A stretch of DNA of 64,000 nucleotides, from the NCBI GenBank assembly GCA_963842945.1, contig CAWJIM010000002.1, forward strand, positions 192,001-256,000, in the 5' to 3' direction. Positions within the stretch are counted from its first letter, which is position 1; each line of letters opens with the position of its first letter. Shown here piece after piece: positions 24,424 through 34,442 of the stretch. A program made the translations under genes and the position numbers. Origin of the DNA: an uncultured Gemmatimonadales bacterium. GTDB lineage: Bacteria > Gemmatimonadota > Gemmatimonadetes > Gemmatimonadales > GWC2-71-9. The notes under the pieces were generated by a model that was not told where the DNA came from, ran no database searches, and saw only the letters and a list, made by a program, of their open reading frames with translations.

Positions 24424-24773
24424 CCGAGCGTGATGATGCTGCTGGCCGAACCCTTTTCCATGCCCTCACTGATCTGCTGATTCACCTTCTGCATCAGCTT
24501 CTCGAAGTTCGAGCGGGCGACCACATAGGCCTGCCCGGTGGGACTCATCTCGAGGTCGCGAACCGCGGTCTCGTAGGCTTCGGCGGTTGCCTGATCGGGC
24601 ATCTGGCCGGTGGAGACCGCCTGGTCCACTTTGCGGGCGAGCGTCTGGATCTGGTCCAGCTTGGCCACCGTCTCCTTGTCTTCCCGCAACGACGTCTCCG
24701 CTCGCCTGAGCGCCTGGTATTCCGCGGACTGGCCGATCAGCCGGCCCAAGTCCTGCGCCTTGTCCCAGATCAC
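24420..24773 (-). CDS. YlbF/YmcA (Com_YlbF) family protein
   Basis: [25 protein letters not shown]...FEKLMQKVNQQI helical pattern typical of Com_YlbF. Confidence 0.7.
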   Translation of the reverse strand: MIWDKAQDLGRLIGQSAEYQALRRAETSLREDKETVAKLDQIQTLARKVDQAVSTGQMPDQATAEAYETAVRDLEMSPTGQAYVVARSNFEKLMQKVNQQISEGMEKGSASSIITLG

Positions 24774-25637
24774 CGTGTGTCGCTCCTCTGCGCGAGCAGA
24801 TACCGCTCGCGTCCAAATAGGTCCATGATGCAGGCTGACGTCGTGCCAGCCATTGCCTGCGGCCAGTCTCACAGCCGCATTTGCCCGGCGAGCAGTCCAC
24901 CTCCAACGCCAGCCATCCGCCCGGGCGAACCCAGGCCCAGCCCTCTTGCAGCAGCCGAGCGGTCTGACCCATACCATCGGCCCCGCTTTCAGAGCCAGCG
25001 CCGGCTCCCAATCACGTACCGACGGATCCAGCTGCGCGTACTCGCTCAGCGTAAGATAGGGAGGATTGGAGATCATTGCGTCAAGCGACCCTGGGGCAAG
25101 GGCAGTTCCGAGATCGCCACGAACAAGGTGAACCGTGCGAGGTGAGCCAACCAGCTCGTGGTTCAGCCGGGCGAGCGCCAGCGCATCGGCCGAAGAATCC
25201 AGCGCGACAATACTCGCCAAACTCGCCCTCGTGCGCCAGGCTCAGTGCGATGCAGCCGCTGCCGGTTCCCACATCGGCGATGCGAGCCGCTTGCGAACTC
25301 GCTGCAGCAGCAGCTCCACCAGTCCCTCCGTCTCCGGCCGCGGTATCAGCGCCCGGCGATCGATCTGCAGGGTCAGGTGGCGGAAGCCCACTTTTCCGGT
25401 GACGTAGGGCAGCGGCTCGCCCAGCGGCGCGGCGGCGAACGGACTCACGATAGAGGGCGGCAAGTTGAGGGTCCACGGGCACGGCGGTGGCGAGTAGTGC
25501 CTCACGCCAGAGACATGCCCCTGCAGCTCGGCCCAGATTCGAAGGGCCTGTCGCCGGGGGTCGGCAACGCCGGCATTGCCGAGCCATTCGGTACCTTCCG
25601 CCATCAGCAGAGCCGGCGAGAGGGCCAGGTCAGGCAT
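24770..25637 (-). CDS. prmC: Release factor glutamine methyltransferase (frameshifted)
   Basis: [33 protein letters not shown]; directly after prfA. Confidence 0.92.
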
Positions 25638-26689
25638 CGACCAGCTCCTGACGGCTCGCCATCCGAAGCGCGGTCACCATGTCATCCAGACCGCCATTCA
25701 GCACTTCCGGCAGGTTGTGCACCGAGAGGTTGATCCGATGGTCGGTGATCCGGCTCTGAGGAAAGTTGTACGTCCGAATCTTGGCCGAGCGATCGCCAGT
25801 GCCCACCATGGCCCGGCGGTCGCGGGAGCGCGCCGCCTCCTGCTCGGCCAGCATGCGGTCGAGCAGCCGGGCGCGGAGTACCTCCATCGCCTTGATCTTG
25901 TTCTGTAGCTGCGACTTCTGATCCTGCTGGCTGACCACGACGCCGGTCGGTAGATGGGTGATCCGCACCGCGCTGTCGGTGGTGTTCACGCTCTGCCCTC
26001 CCGGGCCGGAGGACCGGAACACGTCGATCTTCAGGTCCTGCGGCTCGATCTTGATGTCGACCTCCTCGGCCTCGGGGAGCACCGCCACGGTCGCGGCGGA
26101 GGTGTGAATCCGTCCCTGCGTCTCGGTCGCCGGCACCCGCTGCACCCGATGCACCCCCGACTCCCGGCGCAGAAGGCCATAGGCCTCATCGCCGCGCACC
26201 GCGACGATCGCCTCCTTGATGCCTCCCAGCGGACCATCGCTCACCGAGATCGGCTCCCAAGAGAGACGGTGGCGCTCGCTGAAGCGCTGGTACATGCGGT
26301 AGAGATCGGCGGCGAACAAGGCGGCCTCATCACCGCCGGTTCCGGCCCGGATCTCCATGATGGCGTCGCGGTCATCGTGCGGATCCCGCGGAAGCAGCAG
26401 CTCGTGCAGCTCCTCGGTCAGGGCGGAGATTTCGTCGGGAAGTCGAGCCAGGTCGGCCTTGGCAAGCGCGACCAGCTCGGGATCGGATTCGGAAGCCAGC
26501 TCCCGCGCCTGGTCCAGGTCCTGCTGGAGGCGAGCCAGACGTTCTGCGAATTTGACGACGGGAGCCAGCCGGGTGTGTTCCCGACCGAGCGACCTCAGTT
26601 TGCTCGGATCTCTTGCTGTACGCGGGGTCTGCCAAGGCCTGGCCGACTTCCTCCGCCCGCGTCAGCGCCTGGCGGAGCCGGGCCTCCAT
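25630..26689 (-). CDS. prfA: Peptide chain release factor 1 (frameshifted)
   Basis: [25 protein letters not shown] (PxT), [25 protein letters not shown]. Confidence 0.96.
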
Positions 26690-26692
26690 GGT

Positions 26693-26914
26693 TTACGCCT
26701 TGGGCGTTGCGGCCGGCTCGGTCTGATACTTCCGGCGGAACCGGTCTACCCGGCCGGCGGTGTCCACCAGGCGCTGCTTGCCGGTGAAGTAAGGATGGCA
26801 CTGGGCGCACACTTCGACGTGGATCGAAGCGGCGGTCGAGCGCGTCTCGAACTGATTGCCGCAGGCGCACTGGACCATCAGCTTGCGGTAATTGGGATGA
26901 AGATCGGCCTTCAT
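26693..26914 (-). CDS. rpmE: 50S ribosomal protein L31 (type A, CxC/CxxC)
   Basis: MKADLHPNY...CACG...[24 protein letters not shown]. Confidence 0.96.
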   Translation of the reverse strand: MKADLHPNYRKLMVQCACGNQFETRSTAASIHVEVCAQCHPYFTGKQRLVDTAGRVDRFRRKYQTEPAATPKA

Positions 26915-27063
26915 TGCTGCTCCATGGTGGTTGCTAAGCCCAGTAATGTAGCGGGGATGGGGCTAAGACGGAAAGGTCGTATTCAATTGACACCACCATC
27001 GGCCCCAAGTATGCTAACCCAAACACTTCCACATCCTGCGAGGCACGAGTGCCACTGTCCCCG

Positions 27064-27726
27064 ATGGAGGTCCTCCGTAAGGTCCCCCTCTTTTCCGGAC
27101 TGAGCGAATCCGACCTGGCCGCGTTCGCCGATCTGACCCGGGAACGCAGCTATCCCAAGGGCAGCGTCATCGTGTTCGAAGATGACCCGGGAGATGCCCT
27201 CTTCCTGGTCGCAGCGGGTCAGGTCAAGGTAGTGCTCATCGCAGAGGATGGCCGTGAGGTCATCCTCTCGGTGCTTGGAGAGGGAAGCTTCTTCGGCGAG
27301 ATGGCCGTCATCGACGAGGAGCCCCGCTCCGCGCACGTCATTGCCATGGACGATTCCAGCCTGCTGGTGCTCCGGCGGGAGGACTTCCACGCCCGGCTGC
27401 GGAATTCACCCGAGGTGGCGATTTCGCTGCTGAAGGAGATCTCGCGTCGCTTGCGCCGAGCCGATGAAAAGATCGGGAGCCTCGTCCTGCTCGACGTCAA
27501 CGGCCGGGTCGCCCATCTCCTTCTCCGGATGGCGGAAGACGAAGGAGGCGACCGCATTACCCGCAAGCTGACCCACCACACCATCGCTCAGATGATCGGA
27601 TCGAGCCGGGAGACGGTTTCCCGCACCATGCGCAACCTGGTTGAGCGAGGCATCATTCAGGTCACCCGCAAAGACATTACCCTCAAGGATCGACGCTCCC
27701 TGATGCTTGCCGCCCGGAGGGCGTGA
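27064..27726 (+). CDS. Crp/Fnr family transcriptional regulator (cNMP-binding)
   Basis: FFGEMAVIDEEPRSA phosphate-binding cassette; HTH IGSSRETVSR. Confidence 0.93.
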   Translation: MEVLRKVPLFSGLSESDLAAFADLTRERSYPKGSVIVFEDDPGDALFLVAAGQVKVVLIAEDGREVILSVLGEGSFFGEMAVIDEEPRSAHVIAMDDSSLLVLRREDFHARLRNSPEVAISLLKEISRRLRRADEKIGSLVLLDVNGRVAHLLLRMAEDEGGDRITRKLTHHTIAQMIGSSRETVSRTMRNLVERGIIQVTRKDITLKDRRSLMLAARRA

Positions 27727-27821
27727 GCATCGTCACCGATGGGCCGTGATAGCTAGCACGGCTGAGCTCCTGCAGAAGCGGAGAGGTTGCGACATAGCCC
27801 CTACCGGCTGCTGGAGTCGCG

Positions 27822-28689
27822 ATGAAGCATGAGGTGACGTTTTGGGGTACCCGCGGCTCGATCCCAACTCCGGGGCCCGAGACCGCGCGGTACGGCGGCA
27901 ACACCGCCTGCATCAGCATTACCGGACCGGACAACCGGCTGGTCATCCTCGATGCCGGCAGCGGACTGCGTCCGCTCGGCCACATGCTGATGAAGCAGCG
28001 GAACGGCATCCTCTCCGCTGATATCCTCCTTTCCCACACCCACTGGGATCACATCCAGGGGCTGCCGTTCTTCAAGCCGCTTCAGCTCCCGGGAAACCTC
28101 GGTCGTCATATACGGAGCCCAGCAGGAGGGGGTGCCGCTCAAGGAGATCCTCGGCAGGCAGATGGATCCCATGGTCTTCCCGGTACCGCTGAATGCCCTG
28201 GCGGCGTCCTTGATGGTGGTGGAGATCGAGGAAGGTGAATTCGAGATCGACGGCTTCAACGTCTGCGCGTTTCGGCTTCGACATCCCGGCACCACGCTGG
28301 GCTATCGGTTGGTGCCGACCTCAGGTGGCCGGCAGCTTGCCTATGTCACCGACAACGAGCTGGGACCAGGCGGGAATTACGAGGTGACGCCGGACTGGCG
28401 CAGCAAGATGGTGGAGTTCATCCAGGGCGCTGAAACGCTGATTCACGACGCCATGTACCTCGACCAGTTCATCCAGGCCCGCGCCGGTTGGGGTCATTCC
28501 ACTCCACGACAGGCGGTTGACCTTGCCCGGGAAGGACGCTGTCGCCGGCTGATCCTGTTCCATCACGAGCCTGAGCACGACGACGCGGCCCTGGACCTTC
28601 TGGTTGAAGACACCAAAAAATACGCCGCTCAGGTCGCTCCAACTCTCGTGGTCGAGGCCGCGGTCGAAGGACTGAGCTTTCGCTTGTGA
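27822..28689 (+). CDS. MBL-fold metallo-hydrolase (frameshifted)
   Basis: FWGTRGSIP, GGNTAC, SHTHWDHIQG, LIHDAMY, GWGHS, LFHHEP. Confidence 0.9.
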
Positions 28690-29925
28690 AGACCAGTCGA
28701 AGCCAAAGTCCACACCGCCGCCGCAATTCCGGCATGCGCCGGAAGCGCAAGAGCAATGACCGACTGGTTGACCTGGTAGAACGGTGTCAGGGACTTGAGC
28801 AGGAGACCGAGGAGAGACAGCGCCGCGACGGCTGTGGCCAGGACCAGGGTGCCCCGGGCAAACCGGGCTGACCCGAACGCCAACCGAGTCAGCAACCAGA
28901 TCAGCGGCAGCGCAAGCAGGTCGAACTGCAGCACGTTTTCGTTGTGATAAGCCGCAGCATGATCGGTCAGTCCCCACAGGCCCGCCAGCACCAGCCCGCC
29001 CACTCCAGTCAGCAGCAACCAGGTCCAGGTCACCGCCAGAAATCCGGCTCGAGCAACGCCGGATGTTCTCGCCCGACGGGCGAAGGCCACGGCAGAACCA
29101 CCGATCGCGACTCCAGCCAGGAGATACCACCCAGTCCATGAAGGTGGAATCGAGAGCGGCTCCGGTTCGGTGGACTGGAACAGGGTCCGCTCGGATCTGA
29201 CCAGGGGAACACTTCGGCCATCCGGTGCGGTCACCCGAATGCTTCGAACATGGACTCGCATCGCCAGGGGCAGAAACATCTCCTCCCATTGGGAGATGGG
29301 ACGGTCGACCGGCTGTCCCAGAGCCAGTAGAAGGCCGGTGTAGATCGGAGGATCGTTGGCGGTCAGGCGCAGGGTGTGGAAGCGATAGGTTCTCCCGGTC
29401 GGCGCTGGCGCCGTGGCGGCCCGAATCGCTCCGCCGAGTGCCCGGTCGAGCGCGTCGCGCACGCGAGTAGAGCAGTTGTCGCGATAGTAGTCGTAGTGGT
29501 AAAAGCGATTCTCCGGCCGCTCGTTCCACTCCAGGAATTGCTGCAAGCTCGCGCCGGGCCGCGGGCGCTATCTCCAGCTCCTGAACCCAGACCGAACGGT
29601 TGGCCTTCCGGTACGACTCGACATAGGACTGGGCCGGGTACCCCCGCATCCAATACCACATCCGGCCCTGGACGAAGTGAAGCAGGAAGTTGTGCTGGCC
29701 GAAATCGAAGAGTCCGTAATTGTAGGTCTGATCGGTGCCGCGGGCGGGATCGTGGATCCAGATGGCGTTATGGCCGAACCGCTCCCAGACTTGCCTGCCG
29801 GGGCCCATGGTCATGAGGTAGACGGTCAGTCCGGTGTCCGGCAGGGCGGCGGGGCGGCGGGGCAGCGGGGCAGTTTGCTGAGCGAGGACCGAGGTATCGA
29901 GTAAAAAAATCAGGAGAACCGCCAT
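28629..29925 (-). CDS. DUF4105 / Lnb-like (lipoprotein N-acyltransferase-like) membrane protein (frameshifted)
   Basis: TMGPG..WERFGHNAI, TYNYGLFDF, YDYYRDNCSTRVRD, EMFLP, followed by C-terminal TM helices. Confidence 0.8.
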
Positions 29926-29968
29926 AGCCAGACCGCCCCGCCGCCCCCCTGCCCCGCTGCCCCGCTTC
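29841..29968. repeat. Inverted arms of GCGGGGCA/TGCCCCGC octamer-like units flanking the DUF4105 start codon
   Basis: gcggcggggcggcggggcagcggggcag ... ccgccccgccgccccctgccccgctgccccgc. Confidence 0.5.
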
Positions 29969-31001
29969 ACAATTCCACATCTCGATTATCGAACGCCGAG
30001 CGATAGATCCCGTCGAGCACCTGGTGCAGGGTCAGATGTTCGTTGAGGGCGGGAATCTTGGCGTCTCCCGCGATGCCCGCCTGGAAGTGCGCCCACTCCG
30101 CCCGGTAGGACGCGGTGAACGCATTCTCCCGCCCCACCGAGCCGGTGGGCGAGACGTCTACCGCCATGCCGTGCAGCTCCTTCCACACATTCAACGGATT
30201 GATGCCCGCAGTCCCCTTGCTGCCTCTGAGCCCCACCCCGAACCGCTCGCCTTCGCCGAGGTGCCGCCATGTCACATCCACAAACACCGACATCCCATTC
30301 TCACAGACGACAAAGGCGCTTCCGGACTGCTCCACCGCCCGGTCGCGCGCCACCGGGTCGAGACTGGCGGTGACCCGTGCCGGCTTGGAGTTGCCTCCCA
30401 ACCAGAGTCCCAGATCCAGAATCGACAGTCCCAGGTCGAGCATCGCTCCACCACCCGACTGCTCCCGGCGCTGCCGCCAGCCCAGCGGCGTGCGCCCCGG
30501 CCGGAAAACATGCCAGCTCCCCCGGACGCTCTCGATAGTGCCGAGCTCTCCGCTCTGAACGAAGCTGCGCACGATCTGCACGTCGGGACGGTACCGGTGA
30601 TTCATCCCCACCATGACCACTCGGTCGCGCTTCTCCACCGCCTTCAGGATGCGCTGGGCACTGGTACCGGACATGGCGAGGGGCTTCTCGACCAGGACGT
30701 GGAGATTGGCCGACAGCGCCGCCTGAATGTGGGACTCGTGCAAGTGGGTGGGGGAGCAGATGACCACGGCATCGAGCTCCTCGTAGCGCAACAGCTCCTC
30801 GATGTCGTCGAAGGCATCCTTCACCCCGAACCGGTCGGCAAGGGCTCGAGCCTTGGGCAGATCGATGTCGCAGATGGCGAGCACCTCCACCGTGCGCATT
30901 TTCTTGAGCACAGGCAGGTGCGCCACCTGGGCAATCGCTCCGCCCCCGATGACTCCCACCTTGAGCCGCTCGCCTGCGGCTGCGCCGCGACCGGCAGTCA
31001 T
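29967..31001 (-). CDS. Gfo/Idh/MocA family oxidoreductase
   Basis: VGVIGGGAIA, HVLVEKPLA, GGGAMLDLG. Confidence 0.9.
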   Translation of the reverse strand: MTAGRGAAAGERLKVGVIGGGAIAQVAHLPVLKKMRTVEVLAICDIDLPKARALADRFGVKDAFDDIEELLRYEELDAVVICSPTHLHESHIQAALSANLHVLVEKPLAMSGTSAQRILKAVEKRDRVVMVGMNHRYRPDVQIVRSFVQSGELGTIESVRGSWHVFRPGRTPLGWRQRREQSGGGAMLDLGLSILDLGLWLGGNSKPARVTASLDPVARDRAVEQSGSAFVVCENGMSVFVDVTWRHLGEGERFGVGLRGSKGTAGINPLNVWKELHGMAVDVSPTGSVGRENAFTASYRAEWAHFQAGIAGDAKIPALNEHLTLHQVLDGIYRSAFDNRDVEL

Positions 31002-31016
31002 AGCACCTCCTTCTCC

Positions 31017-32330
31017 TCAGTAGCGGCGAGTCAGGCTGGTGCCGGGAAAGTAGGCCGCCAGAATTTGCGCGTACCCGTGCCCCGCCCGAGCTCGGCCGAC
31101 TGCGCCCCACTGACAAAATCCCACACCATGGCCCGCTCCCATGCCGTCCACCGTCAGATGTGACACCCTTCCACCGCCGCCGCTCACAGCCAGTGTGAAC
31201 GCGTTGCTCCGGAGCAGCTCGCCGTTCGCCGGCCGGAGGACCTGCCGGATGGCGAGACCATTGACTCGCACCTCGGGACCGCCCAGCGCGATGACGAGCT
31301 GATCGACTCGTCCGGACGGTGTCCGCCGCGCCACCCGGATATCGGTCACCTGCCGCACCAGCTCTCTCCGGATGCCGGTGACGGGCGGAAGATTTCGTTC
31401 CAAGCGTGGCCCGAAGCGACTGATCACTCCACTCCTCGTGCCAGCGGTAGCGGGGGGAGATGCTGCAGTACGCCACCCCATGCTCGTCTTCGTCGGCGAC
31501 GGAACGAAGATAGGGCTGAGCCGCGCCGTGAAAGACTTCGGCGCCTTCGGCGGTTCTCCCGCCACAGGTCGAATAGAAGAACGCCTCGGCCGGTACGCCA
31601 TTGTACGTCAGCAGAATGCCGCGGGTGGCAGCGACGGCAGCCCTGCCCTGGGGCGTCTCGAACAGAACTCCGCCATATACCTGATCGGTAACGCCGGCGG
31701 TCAGGTCGAACCCCTGGGCCTTCCGTTTACCCATGTTGCGCAGCGCGAAGGTCCGCGACACCACCGCCTGAGCCTCGAGCGCCGCCTGCTCGTTCGGGCT
31801 GCGGTGGCCCATCTCGGCGGAGACCACGCCGTCCACATAGGCTTCCAGTCCGAGCCGGTTCACGACGGTGACGCCCGCCGGATCCCGCAGCAGGTCGGCG
31901 GTTCCGCGATAGGGCTTTCCGTTGATCCGGATCGGGTCCGATGGACCATTTGCTACGAGTACCACGGCCTCGAGCGCCGGCGAGACCCAGCCTCCCGAAC
32001 CGAGCAGCGTCAGCTTGTCTCCCGAGGTGGCGACCAGCCACGTCTGCCCCGCTGGGATGGTGGTGACGCGGGCGCCATCGGGCTCACTCACCGACAGACC
32101 CTCGTTCGCGCCGACACTGACTCGCTGCGCTCCGACCAGAATGCCAATTCGGATCTCGGGGTCGCGCCTCACGGCACTCGGTTCGGGCGGCTGGGGCCGC
32201 ACCGACCGGTCGCGCCGGAGGAACCGGCCGCGCCGGAGGAACCGGCCGCGCCGGGGGGACCGATCCTGAGACGCAGCTCGCCATCAGGCCGAGCACCAGC
32301 GGGAAGCTCCGCCGCAGCGCGGCGGCGTCA
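31017..32330 (-). CDS. SpoIID/LytB domain lipoprotein (frameshifted; start approximate)
   Basis: LEAYVDGVVSAEM, ALEAQAVVSRTFA, DQVYGG, FFYSTCGG, GHGVGFCQWGA, ILAAYFPG. Confidence 0.9.
32205..32262. repeat. Three tandem 18-bp units encoding (VPPARP)3 in the SpoIID N-terminal linker
   Basis: accggtcgcgccggagga / accggccgcgccggagga / accggccgcgccgggggg. Confidence 0.8.
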
Positions 32331-32831
32331 GCCGCGGTAGTTGCCAAACTTGAGCTCGACCCCGAAGTCCTGATCCTTGAGGAAGGCGATGACCGCCTGT
32401 AGCTCGTCGCGGGAGGGCGCCGTCACCCGGACCTCGTCGCCCTGGATCCCGGCCTGGACCTTCTTGAAGCCTTGATCCTTGATCGCCTTCACCATGCGCT
32501 TGGAGACGTCCTGGGGAATTCCCTGGGTGAGGCTGACGGTGCGCCGCACGCTCTGGCCGGTGGCGGTTTCGACGTCGCCCAGCTTGAGATTTTTTACCGG
32601 CACTCCGCGCTTGATCATCTTCGTCTTCAGCACGTCCACCAGCGCGTCCATCCGGTACTCGTCGTCGGCTGCGAGGCGAATCTCTGCCTTGGGACGGTCG
32701 AAAGTCACCTCACAATGGGTGCCTTTGAAGTCGTAGCGCTGGGCGATCTCCTTGATGGTCTGATTGACCGCATTGTCCACCTCCTGGAGATCGGCACCGG
32801 TGGACACGTCGAACGAGGCGTTGCTGGCCAT
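32328..32831 (-). CDS. yajQ: YajQ family cyclic di-GMP-binding protein
   Basis: SFDVST..DLQEVDNAVNQ..RYDFKG...KVQAGIQGDEVRVT..RDELQ...FGNYR. Confidence 0.95.
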   Translation of the reverse strand: MASNASFDVSTGADLQEVDNAVNQTIKEIAQRYDFKGTHCEVTFDRPKAEIRLAADDEYRMDALVDVLKTKMIKRGVPVKNLKLGDVETATGQSVRRTVSLTQGIPQDVSKRMVKAIKDQGFKKVQAGIQGDEVRVTAPSRDELQAVIAFLKDQDFGVELKFGNYRG

Positions 32832-32931
32832 AGGAGCGAAGCGTAGCAGGAGTGAAAGCGCTGGCAACGGGGTGCGGGAAGAATGACCTGACCGACGGTA
32901 CCGGGCAAGCTCACGGATAGGTCCCTCCCGG

Positions 32932-32958
32932 GTGTCATCCTGAGCGAAGCGAAGGATC
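32932..32958 (+). repeat. Left REP-like repeat GTGTCATCCTGAGCGAAGCGAAGGATC
   Basis: Read directly; CATCCTGAG (32936-44) can also pair with CTCAGGATG (32963-71). Confidence 0.85.
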
Positions 32959-33040
32959 CCTACTCAGGATGCGCGTATAGATGATTGCGGAGGAGCCATT
33001 ATGAGACGAAGAGTGACTGAATGCACTCAATATTTCGCGG

Positions 33041-33365
33041 ATGCCACCGCGGACTTTTCACGTGTACATAATGGCCAGCAACTCTCGCCGACTCTATATC
33101 GGCGTCACTGGAAATCTCACCGTCCGAGTTAGTCAGCATCGGAAAGGTGAAGTACATGGATTTGCCCGGAAGTACCAGATGAAGCGTCTAGTCTACGTTG
33201 AGGAAGCTACACAACGCTCTGGACGCGATTAGACGCGAGAAGCAGATAAAAGGCTGGGTCAGAAAGAAGAAGTTTAGCCTGATCGAAGGTCTGAACCCGG
33301 AATGGCGGGATCTCGGGGATTTTCTTCTTGGTGAGTGCAGAGATCCTTCGCTACGCTCAGGATGA
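33041..33365 (+). CDS. Stand-alone GIY-YIG nuclease (YhbQ/UPF0213-like), one frameshift near 33212
   Basis: FHVYIMASNSRRLYIGVTGNL..RVSQH...GFARKY..KRLVYVE, then shifted frame AIRREKQIKGWVRKKKFSLIEGLNPEWRDL. Confidence 0.88.
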
Positions 33366-33395
33366 CACACTCCTTCACACTGCGCTCGGGATGAC
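33342..33395 (-). repeat. Right REP-like repeat plus degenerate tandem copy
   Basis: Reverse complement GTGTCATCCTGAGCGTAGCGAAGGATC (33342-33368) and GTCATCCCGAGCGCAGTGTGAAGGA (33371-33395). Confidence 0.85.
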
Positions 33396-33403
33396 GGTGC
33401 TGC

Positions 33404-34273
33404 TCAGGCCAGAAAACTCTCCAGCGCCCGCGCCCGGCTCACGTGGCGGAGCCGGCTGAGCGCCTTCTCCTTGATCTGCCGCACCCGCTCGCGGGTGATG
33501 CCCAGAAGGCTGCCGATCTCTTCCAGCGTCATCGGCTCGGGCCCGTCCAGGCCGAAGTAGAGGCGGAGGATCTTGGCCTCGCGCTCCTTCAGCGTCGACA
33601 GCACCTCCTCGATCGACTCGGTCAGCGCGTGCTCGAAGGTCTCGGAGTCGGGACCGGGATTCTGGGTGTCGGGCAGGTAGTCGAGAAGCTTGTTGTCTTC
33701 GCCGGGAGTGAGCGGGGCGTCGAGCGAGAGATGATTCTGGGAGATGGATAGAGTCTTCTGGACTTCTTCCATCGAGATGTCCATTCCCTCGGCAATCTCT
33801 GATGGGGTGGGCTCCCGTCCCAACTCCTGCAGCAGCGCGGAGGAGCGTTTCCCGATCCGATGCAGCGTGCCGGCGCGATTGAGCGGCACCCGGACGATCC
33901 GGCTCTGTTCCGCCAGCGCCTGCAGAATGGCCTGGCGGATCCACCAGACCGCGTAGGAGATGAACTTGATGCCCTTGGTCTCGTCGAACTTGTGGGCGGC
34001 ACGGATCAGACCGAGGTTGCCCTCGTTGATCAGATCGGCCAGGGACACGCCCTGGTTCTGATACTTCTTGGCGACCGAGACGACGAAGCGGAGGTTGCTG
34101 CGGACCAGCTTGTCGAGCGCCTCACCATCACCGACCCGAATCCGCTGCGCGAGGCTGACTTCTTCTTCCTGCGGGATCAGCGGGTACTTGCTGATTTCGC
34201 GAAGGTACTGGTCGAGCGAGCCTTCATCGAATGAGGGAGCTCGCTTGCCGGGACCAACCTGCATTGGGCGCAT
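33404..34273 (-). CDS. RpoD/SigA-family sigma-70 factor, short form lacking region 1.1
   Basis: LDQYLREI, NLRFVVSVAKKY, DLINEGNLGL, KFISYAVWWIRQAI, TLEEIG..ITRERVRQI. Confidence 0.95.
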   Translation of the reverse strand: MRPMQVGPGKRAPSFDEGSLDQYLREISKYPLIPQEEEVSLAQRIRVGDGEALDKLVRSNLRFVVSVAKKYQNQGVSLADLINEGNLGLIRAAHKFDETKGIKFISYAVWWIRQAILQALAEQSRIVRVPLNRAGTLHRIGKRSSALLQELGREPTPSEIAEGMDISMEEVQKTLSISQNHLSLDAPLTPGEDNKLLDYLPDTQNPGPDSETFEHALTESIEEVLSTLKEREAKILRLYFGLDGPEPMTLEEIGSLLGITRERVRQIKEKALSRLRHVSRARALESFLA

Positions 34274-34317
34274 GAAGGGAACCTTACTCCGGGTTGCTAT
34301 GACGCGCAATGGAGGTT

Positions 34318-34442
34318 TGAGTCGACAGTCGAGAGTCCACAGTCGTCAGTTGAGAACGACACCTCAAGTCACTCTAACCCGGTGACAGGAGTCACGCGGA
34401 CGGGCGACTAAGGACTGAGGACCGCCGACTGAGGACTGGCCA
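34318..34442. repeat. Intergenic inverted arms of AGTC/GACT heptamer units
   Basis: gagtcgacagtcgagagtccacagtcgtcagt ... gactaaggactgaggaccgccgactgaggactgg. Confidence 0.55.

Larger units (their letters stand above)
32932..33395. mobile_element. Candidate REP-flanked GIY-YIG cassette
   Basis: 27-bp inverted repeats (1 mismatch) at 32932-32958 and 33342-33368 enclose one nuclease gene; a third degenerate copy lies at 33371-33395. Confidence 0.55.

Noticed and set aside
24420..25220. Apparent PrmC-YlbF fusion ORF
   Set aside because: The ORF wanders through out-of-frame sequence between indels; the two genes have a normal overlapping junction near 24770.
25630..26689. Programmed frameshift in the release factor gene
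   Set aside because: This is RF1 (PxT motif). The programmed shift belongs to prfB, no CTT-TGA slippery site was seen, and indels are everywhere in this window.
32205..32262. Possible mini-CRISPR
   Set aside because: Head-to-tail 18-bp units with no spacers, in frame within a Pro-rich linker, and no cas genes in the window.
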